A DNA stretch of 64,000 nt, from NCBI GenBank assembly GCA_020248985.1, contig JADCGL010000013.1, positions 144,654 through 208,653 on the forward strand, written 5' to 3'. Below the pieces are notes generated by a model, which searched no databases, was not told the origin of the DNA, and saw nothing but the letters and a program-made list of their open reading frames with translations. Position 1 is the stretch's first letter. Every line of letters begins with the position of its first letter. A program made the position numbers and the translations under genes. Below are positions 18,051 through 27,285 of the stretch, in pieces. Source of the DNA: Telmatospirillum sp. (lineage in GTDB: Bacteria > Pseudomonadota > Alphaproteobacteria > CACIAM-22H2).

Positions 18051-19031
18051 TTAGCCCGGCTGCATCGTTTGGCCCGCGCGGATGCGCGGATCGATGAAAC
18101 GATAGGCAAGATCGACGGCCAGATTGATCGTCACGAAGACGAAGGCGACGAACACCATGTAGGCGGCGAGCAGCGGCACGTCGGCGAACTGCACGGCATC
18201 GATGAACAGCAGCCCGAGCCCTGGCCACTGGAATACCGTCTCGGTGATGAGCGAGTAGGCGACGAGGCCCGCAAGATTGATCCCAGCGACGGTGACGACG
18301 GGGAGCATGGCGCTGCGCAACGCGTGCACGAGTACGACCGACCGTTCCGGCAGGCCGCGCGCGCGCGCGAACAGCACGAAATTGGCGCGCAGCACGTCCA
18401 GCATTTCCGCGCGCATCAGCCGCAGCACGATGCCGAGCTGGAACAGGCCCAAGGTCGCACCGGGCAGCACCAGCGCCATCAGGCCCGACCGCGTCAGCAA
18501 GCCCGTCTGCCAGCCCCAAATATCGACCGTCTCGCCGCGCCCGAAGGCCGGGAAGATCGGCACGGCGACGGCAAAAAGATAGATTAGCAAGGTGCCGGTC
18601 GCAAAAGTGGGGAGCGAGACGCCGACGACCGAGCCGGTCAGCACAAGGCGCGACAGGAAATTGTCGGGCTTGGCCGCAGCCCAAACCCCCAGCAGCGTGC
18701 CAACAACGATCGAAACGATCGCCGCGACGAGCACCAGCTCGACTGTCGCCGGCACGCGCTCGGCGAACAGATCGGCGATCGGCCGACGGTACTGCAGCGA
18801 GCGGCCGAGATCGCCTTGTACGAGCGCCAATACAAAGCTCGCGAAGCGTTCGGGCACCGAGGCGTTGAGGCCAAAGGCCTCGCGCAGGCGCTCTTTGTCT
18901 TCGACGGAGACCTCTTGGCCCGCCATATTCTCGACTGGATCGCCCAGCAGATGCAGAAGGCTGAACGCAATCAAGGCCATCGCCGCCATCGTTGCGAGCG
19001 CGTGAAACAAGCGTGTCAGCACCGAAAACAT
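18051..19031 (-). CDS. ABC transporter permease (DppB-like)
   Basis: Start MFSVLTRLFHALATMAAMALIAF with GGAGAC RBS; DppB-type. Confidence 0.8.
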   Translation of the reverse strand: MFSVLTRLFHALATMAAMALIAFSLLHLLGDPVENMAGQEVSVEDKERLREAFGLNASVPERFASFVLALVQGDLGRSLQYRRPIADLFAERVPATVELVLVAAIVSIVVGTLLGVWAAAKPDNFLSRLVLTGSVVGVSLPTFATGTLLIYLFAVAVPIFPAFGRGETVDIWGWQTGLLTRSGLMALVLPGATLGLFQLGIVLRLMRAEMLDVLRANFVLFARARGLPERSVVLVHALRSAMLPVVTVAGINLAGLVAYSLITETVFQWPGLGLLFIDAVQFADVPLLAAYMVFVAFVFVTINLAVDLAYRFIDPRIRAGQTMQPG

Positions 19032-19084
19032 GTCGAACGCGTCTCCGCCGAACGGGATATCGCCTTCGCGAGTCCTTTGTTTTA

Positions 19085-19100
19085 TGCAATCGCCAAGCCA
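19085..19100 (-). promoter_or_regulatory. sigma-54-type -24/-12 promoter candidate (minus strand TGGCTT-N5-TTGCA)
   Basis: Reverse complement of 19085..19100 reads TGGCTTGGCGATTGCA, correct GG/GC spacing, 54 nt upstream of the dppB-like start. Confidence 0.5.
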
Positions 19101-19116
19101 GAAGGCACGTCGCGCA

Positions 19117-19132
19117 TGGCATATCCATTGCA
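19117..19132 (+). promoter_or_regulatory. sigma-54-type -24/-12 promoter candidate (TGGCAT-N5-TTGCA)
   Basis: One mismatch to TGGCAC-N5-TTGCA. 16 bp from the opposite-strand element, upstream of the fused ATPase gene. Confidence 0.55.
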
Positions 19133-19219
19133 CAGTTTATGGGCATGGACAGTTTCGCTGCCACGACAGTGCCGCCGCGCGCAGTGACGTCGAATTCGGC
19201 CGACGCGCGTGCGACGGGC

Positions 19220-21220
19220 ATGCCGGTTCTCGATCTGCGTGGTCTCACGGTGGAGATCCCGACCCGGCGCGGCGTCCTCGTGCCGGTGCGCGACGTGTCG
19301 CTGGCGATCGCACCCGGCGAAGTGCTCGGCGTCGTGGGCGAGAGCGGTGCCGGAAAATCCATGCTGGGGTCGGCGATCGTTGGGCTGTTGGAGAAGCCCG
19401 CACGGCGCGCGGCCGGCACGATTTTGCTCGACGGCCAGCGCATCGACAATTTGACGCCGTCCGACATGCGCCGCGTGCGCGGGCGGCGCATCGGCGCCAT
19501 CTACCAGGATCCGCTGACAGCCCTCGATCCGCTGTTCTCGATCGGCAGCCAAGTCGTCGAAACCATTCGTTGCCATTTGCCGCTCGGGGCCGTGGCGGCG
19601 CGCGACAGGGCGTTGTCGCTGTTGGATCGTGTCGGTATCGCATCGCCGACTCGCTGGTTCGACCGTTTGCCGCACGAGCTGTCCGGTGGTATGCGCCAGC
19701 GCGTGGTGATCGCACTCGCGATCGCTGGCGAGCCGCGCCTGCTTGTAGCGGACGAGCCGACCACCGCCCTCGACGTGTCGATCCAAGCGCAAATCGTAGA
19801 TCTGCTGAAATCGCTGTGCCGCGACATGGGCATGGCGATCCTGCTGATTACGCACGACATGGGCGTGATCGCCGAGATCGCCGACCGCGTCGCCGTCATG
19901 TATGCCGGGCGTATTGCCGAACTCGGCCGCGTGGGCCGCGTCGTGCAAGCGCCCGCCCATCCCTACACGGCAGGCTTGATGGGTGCCATTCCGGATCTCG
20001 GCGTACGGCGTATGCGCCTGGCGCAGATCGAAGGCGCAATGCCGCGTTTGGGAGCGATTCCGTCGGGCTGCGCATTCCACCCGCGATGCGCGCAGGCCGA
20101 CGCGCAGTGCGCAAGTGTCGAACCACCGACAGTGCCGGATGCCGAGGCAACCGGCATCGTCGCGTGTTGGCATCCGGCGACGGCGCTTTCGCGCGCGGAA
20201 CCGCCGGCATCTGGTCTGCAACGGCCGAACATCGTCGCGTCGTCTCGCGACGAGGGGATGCCGCTCGTCGCTGCCGTGGGCCTCACCAAGCATTTCCGTC
20301 GCGATCCCAACTGGCTTGAAAGGCATTTCGGCCGCGAGCGCAGCCAAATCGTGCGGGCCGTCGACGGCGTCGATTTTGCGATCCCGCGCGGTTCTACCTT
20401 TGCGCTGGTCGGCGAAAGCGGCAGCGGCAAATCGACCGTCGCCAAACTCTGCGTCGGGCTGCTTGCACCGACGGCAGGGGCCGTTCTCTACGGCGGCGCC
20501 GACATGCGCACTGTCGAACGCAGCGGCCGCCTGCAAATGGTTTTTCAGGATCCGGGCTCAAGCCTCGATCCGCGTTGGCGCGTGTGCGACGTGATCGGCG
20601 AACCGTTGCGCGCGCGCGGGCCTATCCTCTATCGCGACGCTCGGCGGCGAACCGACGAATTGCTCGAACGCGTCGGCCTTGCCGCAGCCGACGGCGACCG
20701 CTGGACTCACGAATTTTCGGGCGGGCAGCGCCAGCGCATTTCGATTGCGCGGGCGCTTGCGTGCGAGCCCGAATTCTTGGTCTGCGACGAGCCAACCTCG
20801 GCGCTCGACGTGTCGGTGCAGGCGCAGATCTTGAATCTGATGCAGGATATCCAGCGCGAACGGCAGCTCACCTATCTTTTCATCAGCCATAATCTGGCCG
20901 TCGTGAGTCAGATTGCCGACACAGTCGGGGTCATGTATCGGGGCCGCCTTGTCGAAGTCGCGAAGTCAGCGACGCTGTTCGCTGCTCCGCGCCATCCCTA
21001 TACGCGCCAGTTGCTTGACGCGATCCCCCGTATCGGCGGCACTGCCCGCGCTTCTGTGCGCCGACTAGCGACTGTCGACGATTCGACCGATGCTTCGGAC
21101 GATCCGGTTGGGTGTCGCTTTCGCGCGCGCTGCGGCGAGGCGGCCGATATATGCAGTACCGATAATCCTCCCGAAATCGACGGCCCAGCGGGTCGGGTCG
21201 CCTGCTATCGTCGCACCTGA
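19220..21220 (+). CDS. fused two-domain ABC transporter ATP-binding protein (GsiA-like)
   Basis: Two complete ABC cassettes (GESGAGKS...LSGGMRQR and GESGSGKST...FSGGQRQR) in one 666-aa protein. Start set at MPVLDLRGLTVEI, the canonical ABC N-terminus, downstream of the predicted sigma-54 TSS; in-frame ATGs also at 19139/19145. Confidence 0.85.
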   Translation: MPVLDLRGLTVEIPTRRGVLVPVRDVSLAIAPGEVLGVVGESGAGKSMLGSAIVGLLEKPARRAAGTILLDGQRIDNLTPSDMRRVRGRRIGAIYQDPLTALDPLFSIGSQVVETIRCHLPLGAVAARDRALSLLDRVGIASPTRWFDRLPHELSGGMRQRVVIALAIAGEPRLLVADEPTTALDVSIQAQIVDLLKSLCRDMGMAILLITHDMGVIAEIADRVAVMYAGRIAELGRVGRVVQAPAHPYTAGLMGAIPDLGVRRMRLAQIEGAMPRLGAIPSGCAFHPRCAQADAQCASVEPPTVPDAEATGIVACWHPATALSRAEPPASGLQRPNIVASSRDEGMPLVAAVGLTKHFRRDPNWLERHFGRERSQIVRAVDGVDFAIPRGSTFALVGESGSGKSTVAKLCVGLLAPTAGAVLYGGADMRTVERSGRLQMVFQDPGSSLDPRWRVCDVIGEPLRARGPILYRDARRRTDELLERVGLAAADGDRWTHEFSGGQRQRISIARALACEPEFLVCDEPTSALDVSVQAQILNLMQDIQRERQLTYLFISHNLAVVSQIADTVGVMYRGRLVEVAKSATLFAAPRHPYTRQLLDAIPRIGGTARASVRRLATVDDSTDASDDPVGCRFRARCGEAADICSTDNPPEIDGPAGRVACYRRT

Positions 21221-21280
21221 TGTTTGGGCGTCGCGGATTTCCCCGTTGCTCAGCCACTGGGCAGCGGCCGCATGTGTTTG

Positions 21281-21415
21281 ATGCATAATCAAGTTTTTGT
21301 TGGGTCGAGCCTATTCATAATCTTGAGTAAGTTTATACTAAGATATTGAATTTAATATATTAATTAGAACTAAATCGAGCTGGCACAATACTTGATTAGC
21401 AAGCAAGTAACTTCG
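21281..21415. other. AT-rich intergenic island (~30% GC) with IHF-like site
   Basis: 135 bp of AT-rich DNA in a ~67% GC background. AATCAAGTTTTTG (21287..21299) fits WATCAANNNNTTR. Confidence 0.4.
21381..21395 (+). promoter_or_regulatory. weak sigma-54-like element (TGGCAC-N5-TTGA)
   Basis: Perfect -24 TGGCAC but -12 reads TTGA instead of TTGC. 46-66 nt upstream of the ATPase start. Confidence 0.25.
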
Positions 21416-21461
21416 CTGTTTCACGCGTTGAGGCGGCCGAGTGCCCAATTTGGGTTCGATC

Positions 21462-22616
21462 ATGTCGTGGCGGGAGATCGCATCTACCCATGTTTCGCCC
21501 GTGAGTATTGCCGTGCAAAGCAACGTCTCTGTGCGCATCGGCGAGAGCCTAGCGGTTCGCCATGTAAGCCATGCCTATGACGCTGCGCCGGCGGTTTCGG
21601 AAGTCGACTTCGCAGTGGCGGCCGGCAGTATCGCGGCGATATTGGGCCCGAGCGGCTGCGGCAAATCGACGATGCTGCGCATAATCGCGGGTCTGATCCG
21701 ACCGACGGCCGGCACAGTCAATCTCGGGACGCGCGACGTGACGGCCGTATCGGCGCGCGCACGTCGCATCGGCATGGTCTTCCAGAATTACGCGCTGTTT
21801 CCGCACATGACCGTGCGCGAGAATATCGGCTACGGCCTATCGGGACTGTCGCGCAGCGCGAAGCGCGCGCGCGTCGAGCAGCTTCTGGCGCTGGTTCGGC
21901 TCGAGGCTTTTGCCGACCGGCTGCCGCGCCAATTGTCGGGCGGTCAGCAGCAGCGCGTGGCGGTTGCGCGCGCGCTTGCACCGCGCCCGGTTCTGCTGCT
22001 GCTCGATGAGCCGTTTGCGGCCCTCGACCGGGCGCTGCGCGCCGACATGCAGTTCGAATTCGTGCGCCTGCAGCGCGAACTCGGAATCACGACGATCCTC
22101 GTCACACACGACCAGGAAGAAGCGCAAGCCGTCGCCGACACACTTATCGTCATGAACGCCGGAAGGGTCGAGCAGATTGGCAGTCCGGCCGATCTCTACG
22201 ATCGGCCGAGCAGCCTGTTCGTGAACACGTTCGTGGGCCACGCCTCGGTATTGGGGGCGACGGTTCTGTCCGATGGCGGTGCCGCGTCGCGCTTGCTTCT
22301 CGATACCGGCGACACGATCGCGTTTGCGCGCGACGTCGGATTTCTGCACGGCACGCGCGTCGCACTGGCCGCGCGGCCCGAGCATGTGATGCTGCACGCA
22401 GCACCCATGCCGGGCGCCGTGCGGGCCCGACGCATCCTGTCGGTGCCGCATGGGCCGCTGCTTGTGCACGACCTTGTGCTCGCGGACGGAACGCCGGTGA
22501 AAGCCGTTGCACCGCGTACGCCAGATGTCGCATCCGCCGATCTGCCCGCGGAGTTTTTCGTCGTTTTTCTCACCGAACGTTGCCGCGTTTTTCCCGCCCC
22601 TTCAACCACTTCCTGA
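21462..22616 (+). CDS. ABC transporter ATP-binding protein, spermidine/putrescine/Fe3+ type (PotA-like)
   Basis: [25 protein letters not shown]-terminal TOBE-like domain. Start uncertain (GTG 21441 or ATG 21462). Confidence 0.85.
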   Translation: MSWREIASTHVSPVSIAVQSNVSVRIGESLAVRHVSHAYDAAPAVSEVDFAVAAGSIAAILGPSGCGKSTMLRIIAGLIRPTAGTVNLGTRDVTAVSARARRIGMVFQNYALFPHMTVRENIGYGLSGLSRSAKRARVEQLLALVRLEAFADRLPRQLSGGQQQRVAVARALAPRPVLLLLDEPFAALDRALRADMQFEFVRLQRELGITTILVTHDQEEAQAVADTLIVMNAGRVEQIGSPADLYDRPSSLFVNTFVGHASVLGATVLSDGGAASRLLLDTGDTIAFARDVGFLHGTRVALAARPEHVMLHAAPMPGAVRARRILSVPHGPLLVHDLVLADGTPVKAVAPRTPDVASADLPAEFFVVFLTERCRVFPAPSTTS

Positions 22617-22629
22617 AAGGATCCGTTCC

Positions 22630-23667
22630 ATGAGTCTTCGTCCCACGCGTCGTAGCGTCGTTGCCGGCCTCGCCGGCCTTGCCGCTGCCCCGTTCGTCGC
22701 CAGCCGCTCCGCGCGTGCGGCGGGCTCGATCGTCGCCGCTGCCTTCCCGGGTTCGTGGGAAGACGCCTATCGCGCGACCGTTGCCCCCGTCGTCAAAGCG
22801 GCCGGCACCGACCTCGTGCTTGCGCCGGCTCTTGCGCAAGACCAGCTTGCACGCCTCTTGGCCACGCAAGGCCGTCCGGCGTTCGACGCAATGATGGTCT
22901 CGCCGGGCCAGACCACCGAAGCGATCTCGCGCGGGCTGATCGAGAAGATCGATCCGAGCCGACTCAAGAACTGGAGCAAACTCCTGCCGGCCGCACAGAC
23001 CGAATGGGGGCCCAACGTGACGGTGGAGATCACCGGATTTGCTTACAATCCGCGGCTGGTGCCTAAGCCGCGCACCTATCGCGATCTGTTCGACAATCCG
23101 GTCTATCACGGCAAGGTCGGCTGGATCGGCTTCGGCTCCAACACCGCCACGCTCGCCTGGGTCGAAATCGCGAAGGCTTTCGGCGGCAGCGAAGACGACA
23201 TGTCGCCCGCGTTCAAGATGCTGGCCGAGCATCTGAACAAGGGGGCCGTGATCGCCAACAGCGGCAACCAGCAGATGGCGCTTTACCAGCAGAACGAAAT
23301 CGCGGTGTTCATGTCAAGCGTGGGCAATGTTGCGAATCTCAAAGCGCGCGGCGTGTCGTGCGAGTTCGCGCACCCGACAACCGGGTCGCCCGCACTGCCA
23401 GTGGCTTTGCATCTCGTGAAAGGTTCGACGAATGCCGAAGGCGTCTACCAGTATATGGATGCCGCCATCTCGGCCGACGTGCAGCGCAAGCTGGCGCTGC
23501 CCCCCACCGAGATCCTGCCGACCAACACCGACGTGCCGCTCACTGACAGCCTCAAATCCTTTATCTCTGATGCGGACATCAAGAACCTCATCTATCCCAA
23601 CTGGGCCAAGATCAATCCCAACCGTGCGGCGTGGTCGGCCGAATTCGACCGTGTGGTGAAGAAGTAG
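22630..23667 (+). CDS. ABC transporter substrate-binding protein, family 1 (PotD/PotF-like), Tat signal
   Basis: Start MSLRPTRRSVVAGLAGLAAAPFVASRSARA (twin-arginine). 345 aa. Confidence 0.8.
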   Translation: MSLRPTRRSVVAGLAGLAAAPFVASRSARAAGSIVAAAFPGSWEDAYRATVAPVVKAAGTDLVLAPALAQDQLARLLATQGRPAFDAMMVSPGQTTEAISRGLIEKIDPSRLKNWSKLLPAAQTEWGPNVTVEITGFAYNPRLVPKPRTYRDLFDNPVYHGKVGWIGFGSNTATLAWVEIAKAFGGSEDDMSPAFKMLAEHLNKGAVIANSGNQQMALYQQNEIAVFMSSVGNVANLKARGVSCEFAHPTTGSPALPVALHLVKGSTNAEGVYQYMDAAISADVQRKLALPPTEILPTNTDVPLTDSLKSFISDADIKNLIYPNWAKINPNRAAWSAEFDRVVKK

Positions 23668-23691
23668 TTACCGCGGGCAAGGGGCATCGCG

Positions 23692-24522
23692 ATGGTCCGC
23701 AGCGGAATCCCGTTCGTCGCACCGATGGTGGCGCTGTCGGTTGCCGGATTCCTGATGCCTCTTGCCGTCCTGGCGGCGTTCAGCTTCCGCGATCCGGCGG
23801 GCGGCTTCGGCGTGGGCAACTACGCCAAGCTGCTCGCCGATCCGCTGGCGCTCGAAGTGCTGTTCGACACCCTGTTCCTCGGCGCCAAGGTCGTGACACT
23901 GACCACGCTCTTGGGCTTGCCGATCGCGCTGCTCTACTGGCACGCGGGACCCCGCCAGCGCAGTCTGATTGTGTTCCTGACGCTGCTGCCGATGCTGACC
24001 AGCAACGTCGTGCGTACCTTCGCGTGGATCGTCATTCTAGGGCGCCAGGGGCCGGTGAGCCAGATGCTCCTCCAACTCGGCATCATTCCGTTCCCGCGCA
24101 GCTTTCTGTTCAACGAAACGGCCGTCGTCGTCGTGCTGAGCCAGATCGAATTGCCGCTGCTGCTGCTGCCGATCATGGCGGTGATGTCGCGCGCCGACCG
24201 CAATCTCGTTTCCGCAGCGCAGACGCTGGGGGCGGGGCCGTGGCGCATTGCCTGGAGCGTGCTGCTGCCGCTTGCGGCACCGGGCATTCTCGCGGGCTGG
24301 GTCCTGGTCTTCGCCAGTGCGACCACCTCGTACGTGACACAGGCCGTAATCGGCGGGGCGCGCCACATCTATCTTCCGCAATACATCTATCGCGAGGTCG
24401 GCGTGCTGTTCCAATGGCCGTCGGCGGCGGCGATCGCGATGGTGCTGTTGGCGTCGACCGGCGTCGTGATGGCGGCATTGGCGGCCCTTGCGCGCCATCC
24501 GAGGCTTGCCGCCCATGGCTAG
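23692..24522 (+). CDS. ABC transporter permease (PotB-like)
   Basis: 6-TM permease with EAA-like loop. Confidence 0.8.
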   Translation: MVRSGIPFVAPMVALSVAGFLMPLAVLAAFSFRDPAGGFGVGNYAKLLADPLALEVLFDTLFLGAKVVTLTTLLGLPIALLYWHAGPRQRSLIVFLTLLPMLTSNVVRTFAWIVILGRQGPVSQMLLQLGIIPFPRSFLFNETAVVVVLSQIELPLLLLPIMAVMSRADRNLVSAAQTLGAGPWRIAWSVLLPLAAPGILAGWVLVFASATTSYVTQAVIGGARHIYLPQYIYREVGVLFQWPSAAAIAMVLLASTGVVMAALAALARHPRLAAHG

Positions 24523-25318
24523 CCAAGACCGCGTCTATTCGATCGTCGTGCGCGGCCTCGGCTGGCTCGCGATCGCTTTCATGGTTGCCCCCGTTTTTGT
24601 CGGCCTCGCCATGTCGTTCACGGCCGGGCAGACGCTTAAATTCCCGCCGGACGGCTTCTCGCTGCGCTGGTACCGCGCCTTGTTCGACCCCGCACTTTCG
24701 GCACCCATCCATGCGGCAATTTGGAATTCGTTGAAGATCGCGTTGCTGGCGGTTGCGGGCACGCTGCTGTTTGCGATGCCGGCCGCCTACGGGGCGACCC
24801 GCTTGAAGCCGCGCGCGTCGGCTTTTGTCGAACCGCTGATGCTCGCACCGCTGGTGCTGCCGACGCTGGTCTACGGGCTCGCGGCCCTGATCGCCTTCAC
24901 GAGCATCGGGCTATATCCGTCGCTGCCGATGGTCGTGATCGGGCACGTGGTGGTATTCGGGCCGCTGATGTACCGGGCGTGCGTTGCCATCGCGTCGCGC
25001 CTCGACCCCAGCCTCGAGGAAGCATCGACCCTGCTCGGGGTCGGCGCGTTCCTCACTTTCGTGCGCGTGACCTTGCCGCTGATGGTACCGGGCATTCTCG
25101 CCGGCACCTTCCTCGTCTTCATGCAGTCGCTCGACAATGTGTCCGTTTCGCTGTTCCTGGCCGACGCGCGCACCTCGGTGCTGCCGCTGCGCATGTTCCA
25201 GATGATCGAAGAGTCGCTCGACGTGCGCGTCGCCGCCATCTCCGGCCTCCTCATCGCGATCGTTTTCTTGGGCCTCTTCTTCGCGCGCCGCGTGCTGGAA
25301 CCGTCGCAAACGAGCTGA
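24515..25318 (+). CDS. ABC transporter permease (PotC-like)
   Basis: Start MASQDRVYS overlaps the upstream stop (ATGGCTAG). Confidence 0.8.
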   Translation: MASQDRVYSIVVRGLGWLAIAFMVAPVFVGLAMSFTAGQTLKFPPDGFSLRWYRALFDPALSAPIHAAIWNSLKIALLAVAGTLLFAMPAAYGATRLKPRASAFVEPLMLAPLVLPTLVYGLAALIAFTSIGLYPSLPMVVIGHVVVFGPLMYRACVAIASRLDPSLEEASTLLGVGAFLTFVRVTLPLMVPGILAGTFLVFMQSLDNVSVSLFLADARTSVLPLRMFQMIEESLDVRVAAISGLLIAIVFLGLFFARRVLEPSQTS

Positions 25319-25353
25319 ATCGAATTCACCTGCGTGAAAAAAAGGGATCGAAC

Positions 25354-26763
25354 ATGAAAGCCACCGCCACGCAAGCTCGGCCGACCATCGAAGCGCTGAT
25401 GGGCGATTTCAAGCCGAATTTCGATTTTGTCGCACCGCCCCCGTTGCCGCTCGAGGAATACGAGGAGCGCCTGCGCCGCGTGCGCCGCGAGGCGGTCGTT
25501 GCCGGGCACGACGCGATCGTGATCCACACCGACATGGTCGGCTGGTTCCACGCCTCCAACGCCTATCTGCGCTACATGATCGATTGGATGCGCGAGGGTG
25601 CCCTCATCATCCCGACCGACAGCGACAAGCCGCTCGTTCTGCTGACCTTTTTCACCGAGTCCGTGATTCTGCCGCCGGGCGGCGAGCCTGTGCTGGTCGA
25701 CGAAATCTGGCAGGTCGGCGCCATCGGCCGCGAATATGCCGACCGTCCCGGCACGTCTTCCAGCAAAGCGGCCGATGCGTGCGGCGACATGCTGCTGAAG
25801 CTGTTCGGCCCGCGCGCCCAGATCGGCCGCATTGGCGACGGCAAATCGGCGAAATTCTGGGCGCAGATCGTCGAGATGATGCCCAAGACCAAATTCGTCG
25901 ACGAAAACGGCATCATCGACCGCATGCAGCGCGTGCGTTCGGCCGCCGAGATCGACATGTTCCGCGCGGCAGGCCAGCTCATCGATATTGCGACGCAAGC
26001 CGCCTACCACGTGACGCGCCCTGGCGTGACCGACGCCGAGATCTACGCAGCCTTCACCTTCGCCCAGATGGCGCGCGGCGGCGAAACCGGCGACGGCTAC
26101 CAGATCGGCATCAACGAATTCGGCACGCATTGCGGGAAACCCTATGGGCATGTCGTGCGGCCGGGCGATCTCATCAACATTTACGTCTCGAATGTCACCT
26201 TCCGTGGCTATACCGGCCAAACCGCGCGTATGATCTCTGTCGGCGACATCACCAAACACCAGGAGAAGGTCATTTCCGCGTGCGTCGAGGGCGTCAAGCG
26301 CGCGGAAAAACTGATCAAGCCGGGCGCCTTGTTCCGCGACGTCAACAATGCGGCGTTCGAGCCCTATATCGAGGCCGGTCTCTTGAAGTCGCCCGAGGCG
26401 CGCACGATGCCCTATATCTGGGAGCCGATGCCCGACGGCAGCCCGCGCCGCGTAAAGCAGCAATATGTGAAGGACATCGATTGGGAGGCGCAGGGGCGCA
26501 AGCTCATGCATGTCTACCCGGCGCAATACGGGCCGCACAATCCCAATCTCGGCCATTCGATCGGCATGGCGGGCGGGCCGAACAGCTTCAACGTGTCGTC
26601 CCACAATTACGACCGGCTCGAGCCCGGCATGGTCTTCGTGCTGCATACGCAATGGGTCGAGCCGCTCGTGGCGGGCTGCAATGTGGGCGACCTCTATGCT
26701 GTGACCGAGACCGGATTCGAGAACCTCACGCGCCACACGCCGCTCGATCTGCACCGCGTTTGA
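25354..26763 (+). CDS. M24 family metallopeptidase (creatinase/prolidase-like; creatinase N-domain + pita-bread domain)
   Basis: Start MKATATQARP with AAAGGGA RBS; 469 aa. The track ORF 24721.. is an out-of-frame upstream extension. Confidence 0.75.
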   Translation: MKATATQARPTIEALMGDFKPNFDFVAPPPLPLEEYEERLRRVRREAVVAGHDAIVIHTDMVGWFHASNAYLRYMIDWMREGALIIPTDSDKPLVLLTFFTESVILPPGGEPVLVDEIWQVGAIGREYADRPGTSSSKAADACGDMLLKLFGPRAQIGRIGDGKSAKFWAQIVEMMPKTKFVDENGIIDRMQRVRSAAEIDMFRAAGQLIDIATQAAYHVTRPGVTDAEIYAAFTFAQMARGGETGDGYQIGINEFGTHCGKPYGHVVRPGDLINIYVSNVTFRGYTGQTARMISVGDITKHQEKVISACVEGVKRAEKLIKPGALFRDVNNAAFEPYIEAGLLKSPEARTMPYIWEPMPDGSPRRVKQQYVKDIDWEAQGRKLMHVYPAQYGPHNPNLGHSIGMAGGPNSFNVSSHNYDRLEPGMVFVLHTQWVEPLVAGCNVGDLYAVTETGFENLTRHTPLDLHRV

Positions 26764-26784
26764 CCGGACGCCGAAAGGCGGGAG

Positions 26785-27285
26785 ATGCCAATGGAAGACG
26801 TCAAAAGCACGCGCGACTTGACGCTCGCGGGCGGACTCAAAGTGCTGCATGCGGCGATCGCGGCGGCCGAGCGGATCGGCCAGCCCATGTGTATCGCAGT
26901 CGTCGATCGCGGCGGCAACATGATCGCGTCCGCGCGCATGGACGGCTCGAAGGCGCTGAGCGTGATCTCGGCTGCCAACAAGGCGCGTACGGCGGCTTTG
27001 TCCGGCGAGCCCACTGGTGGGGCGCATGCCGATGTCGAGATTCAGATCGCACTCGCCTCGGAAGGGCGCTGGACCAATCTGATTGGCGGGCTGCCGATCC
27101 GCGTCGGTGGCGCCATTGTCGGCGCCGTTGCAGCAGGTTCGGGCAATGGCACGCAGGATCTTGCTGTCGTACGCGCCGGCGCCGCTGCCATTGAAGGTGC
27201 CGACATGTTCGAAGGATTCGTGCCGATGGGTGCCGAAGACACGGGCATCGTGCGCGGCTCACATCCGGACAAGGTTCGTGGCTGA
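26785..27285 (+). CDS. GlcG/HbpS-like heme-binding protein (DUF336)
   Basis: 166 aa with good RBS AAAGGCGGGAG. Confidence 0.6.
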   Translation: MPMEDVKSTRDLTLAGGLKVLHAAIAAAERIGQPMCIAVVDRGGNMIASARMDGSKALSVISAANKARTAALSGEPTGGAHADVEIQIALASEGRWTNLIGGLPIRVGGAIVGAVAAGSGNGTQDLAVVRAGAAAIEGADMFEGFVPMGAEDTGIVRGSHPDKVRG

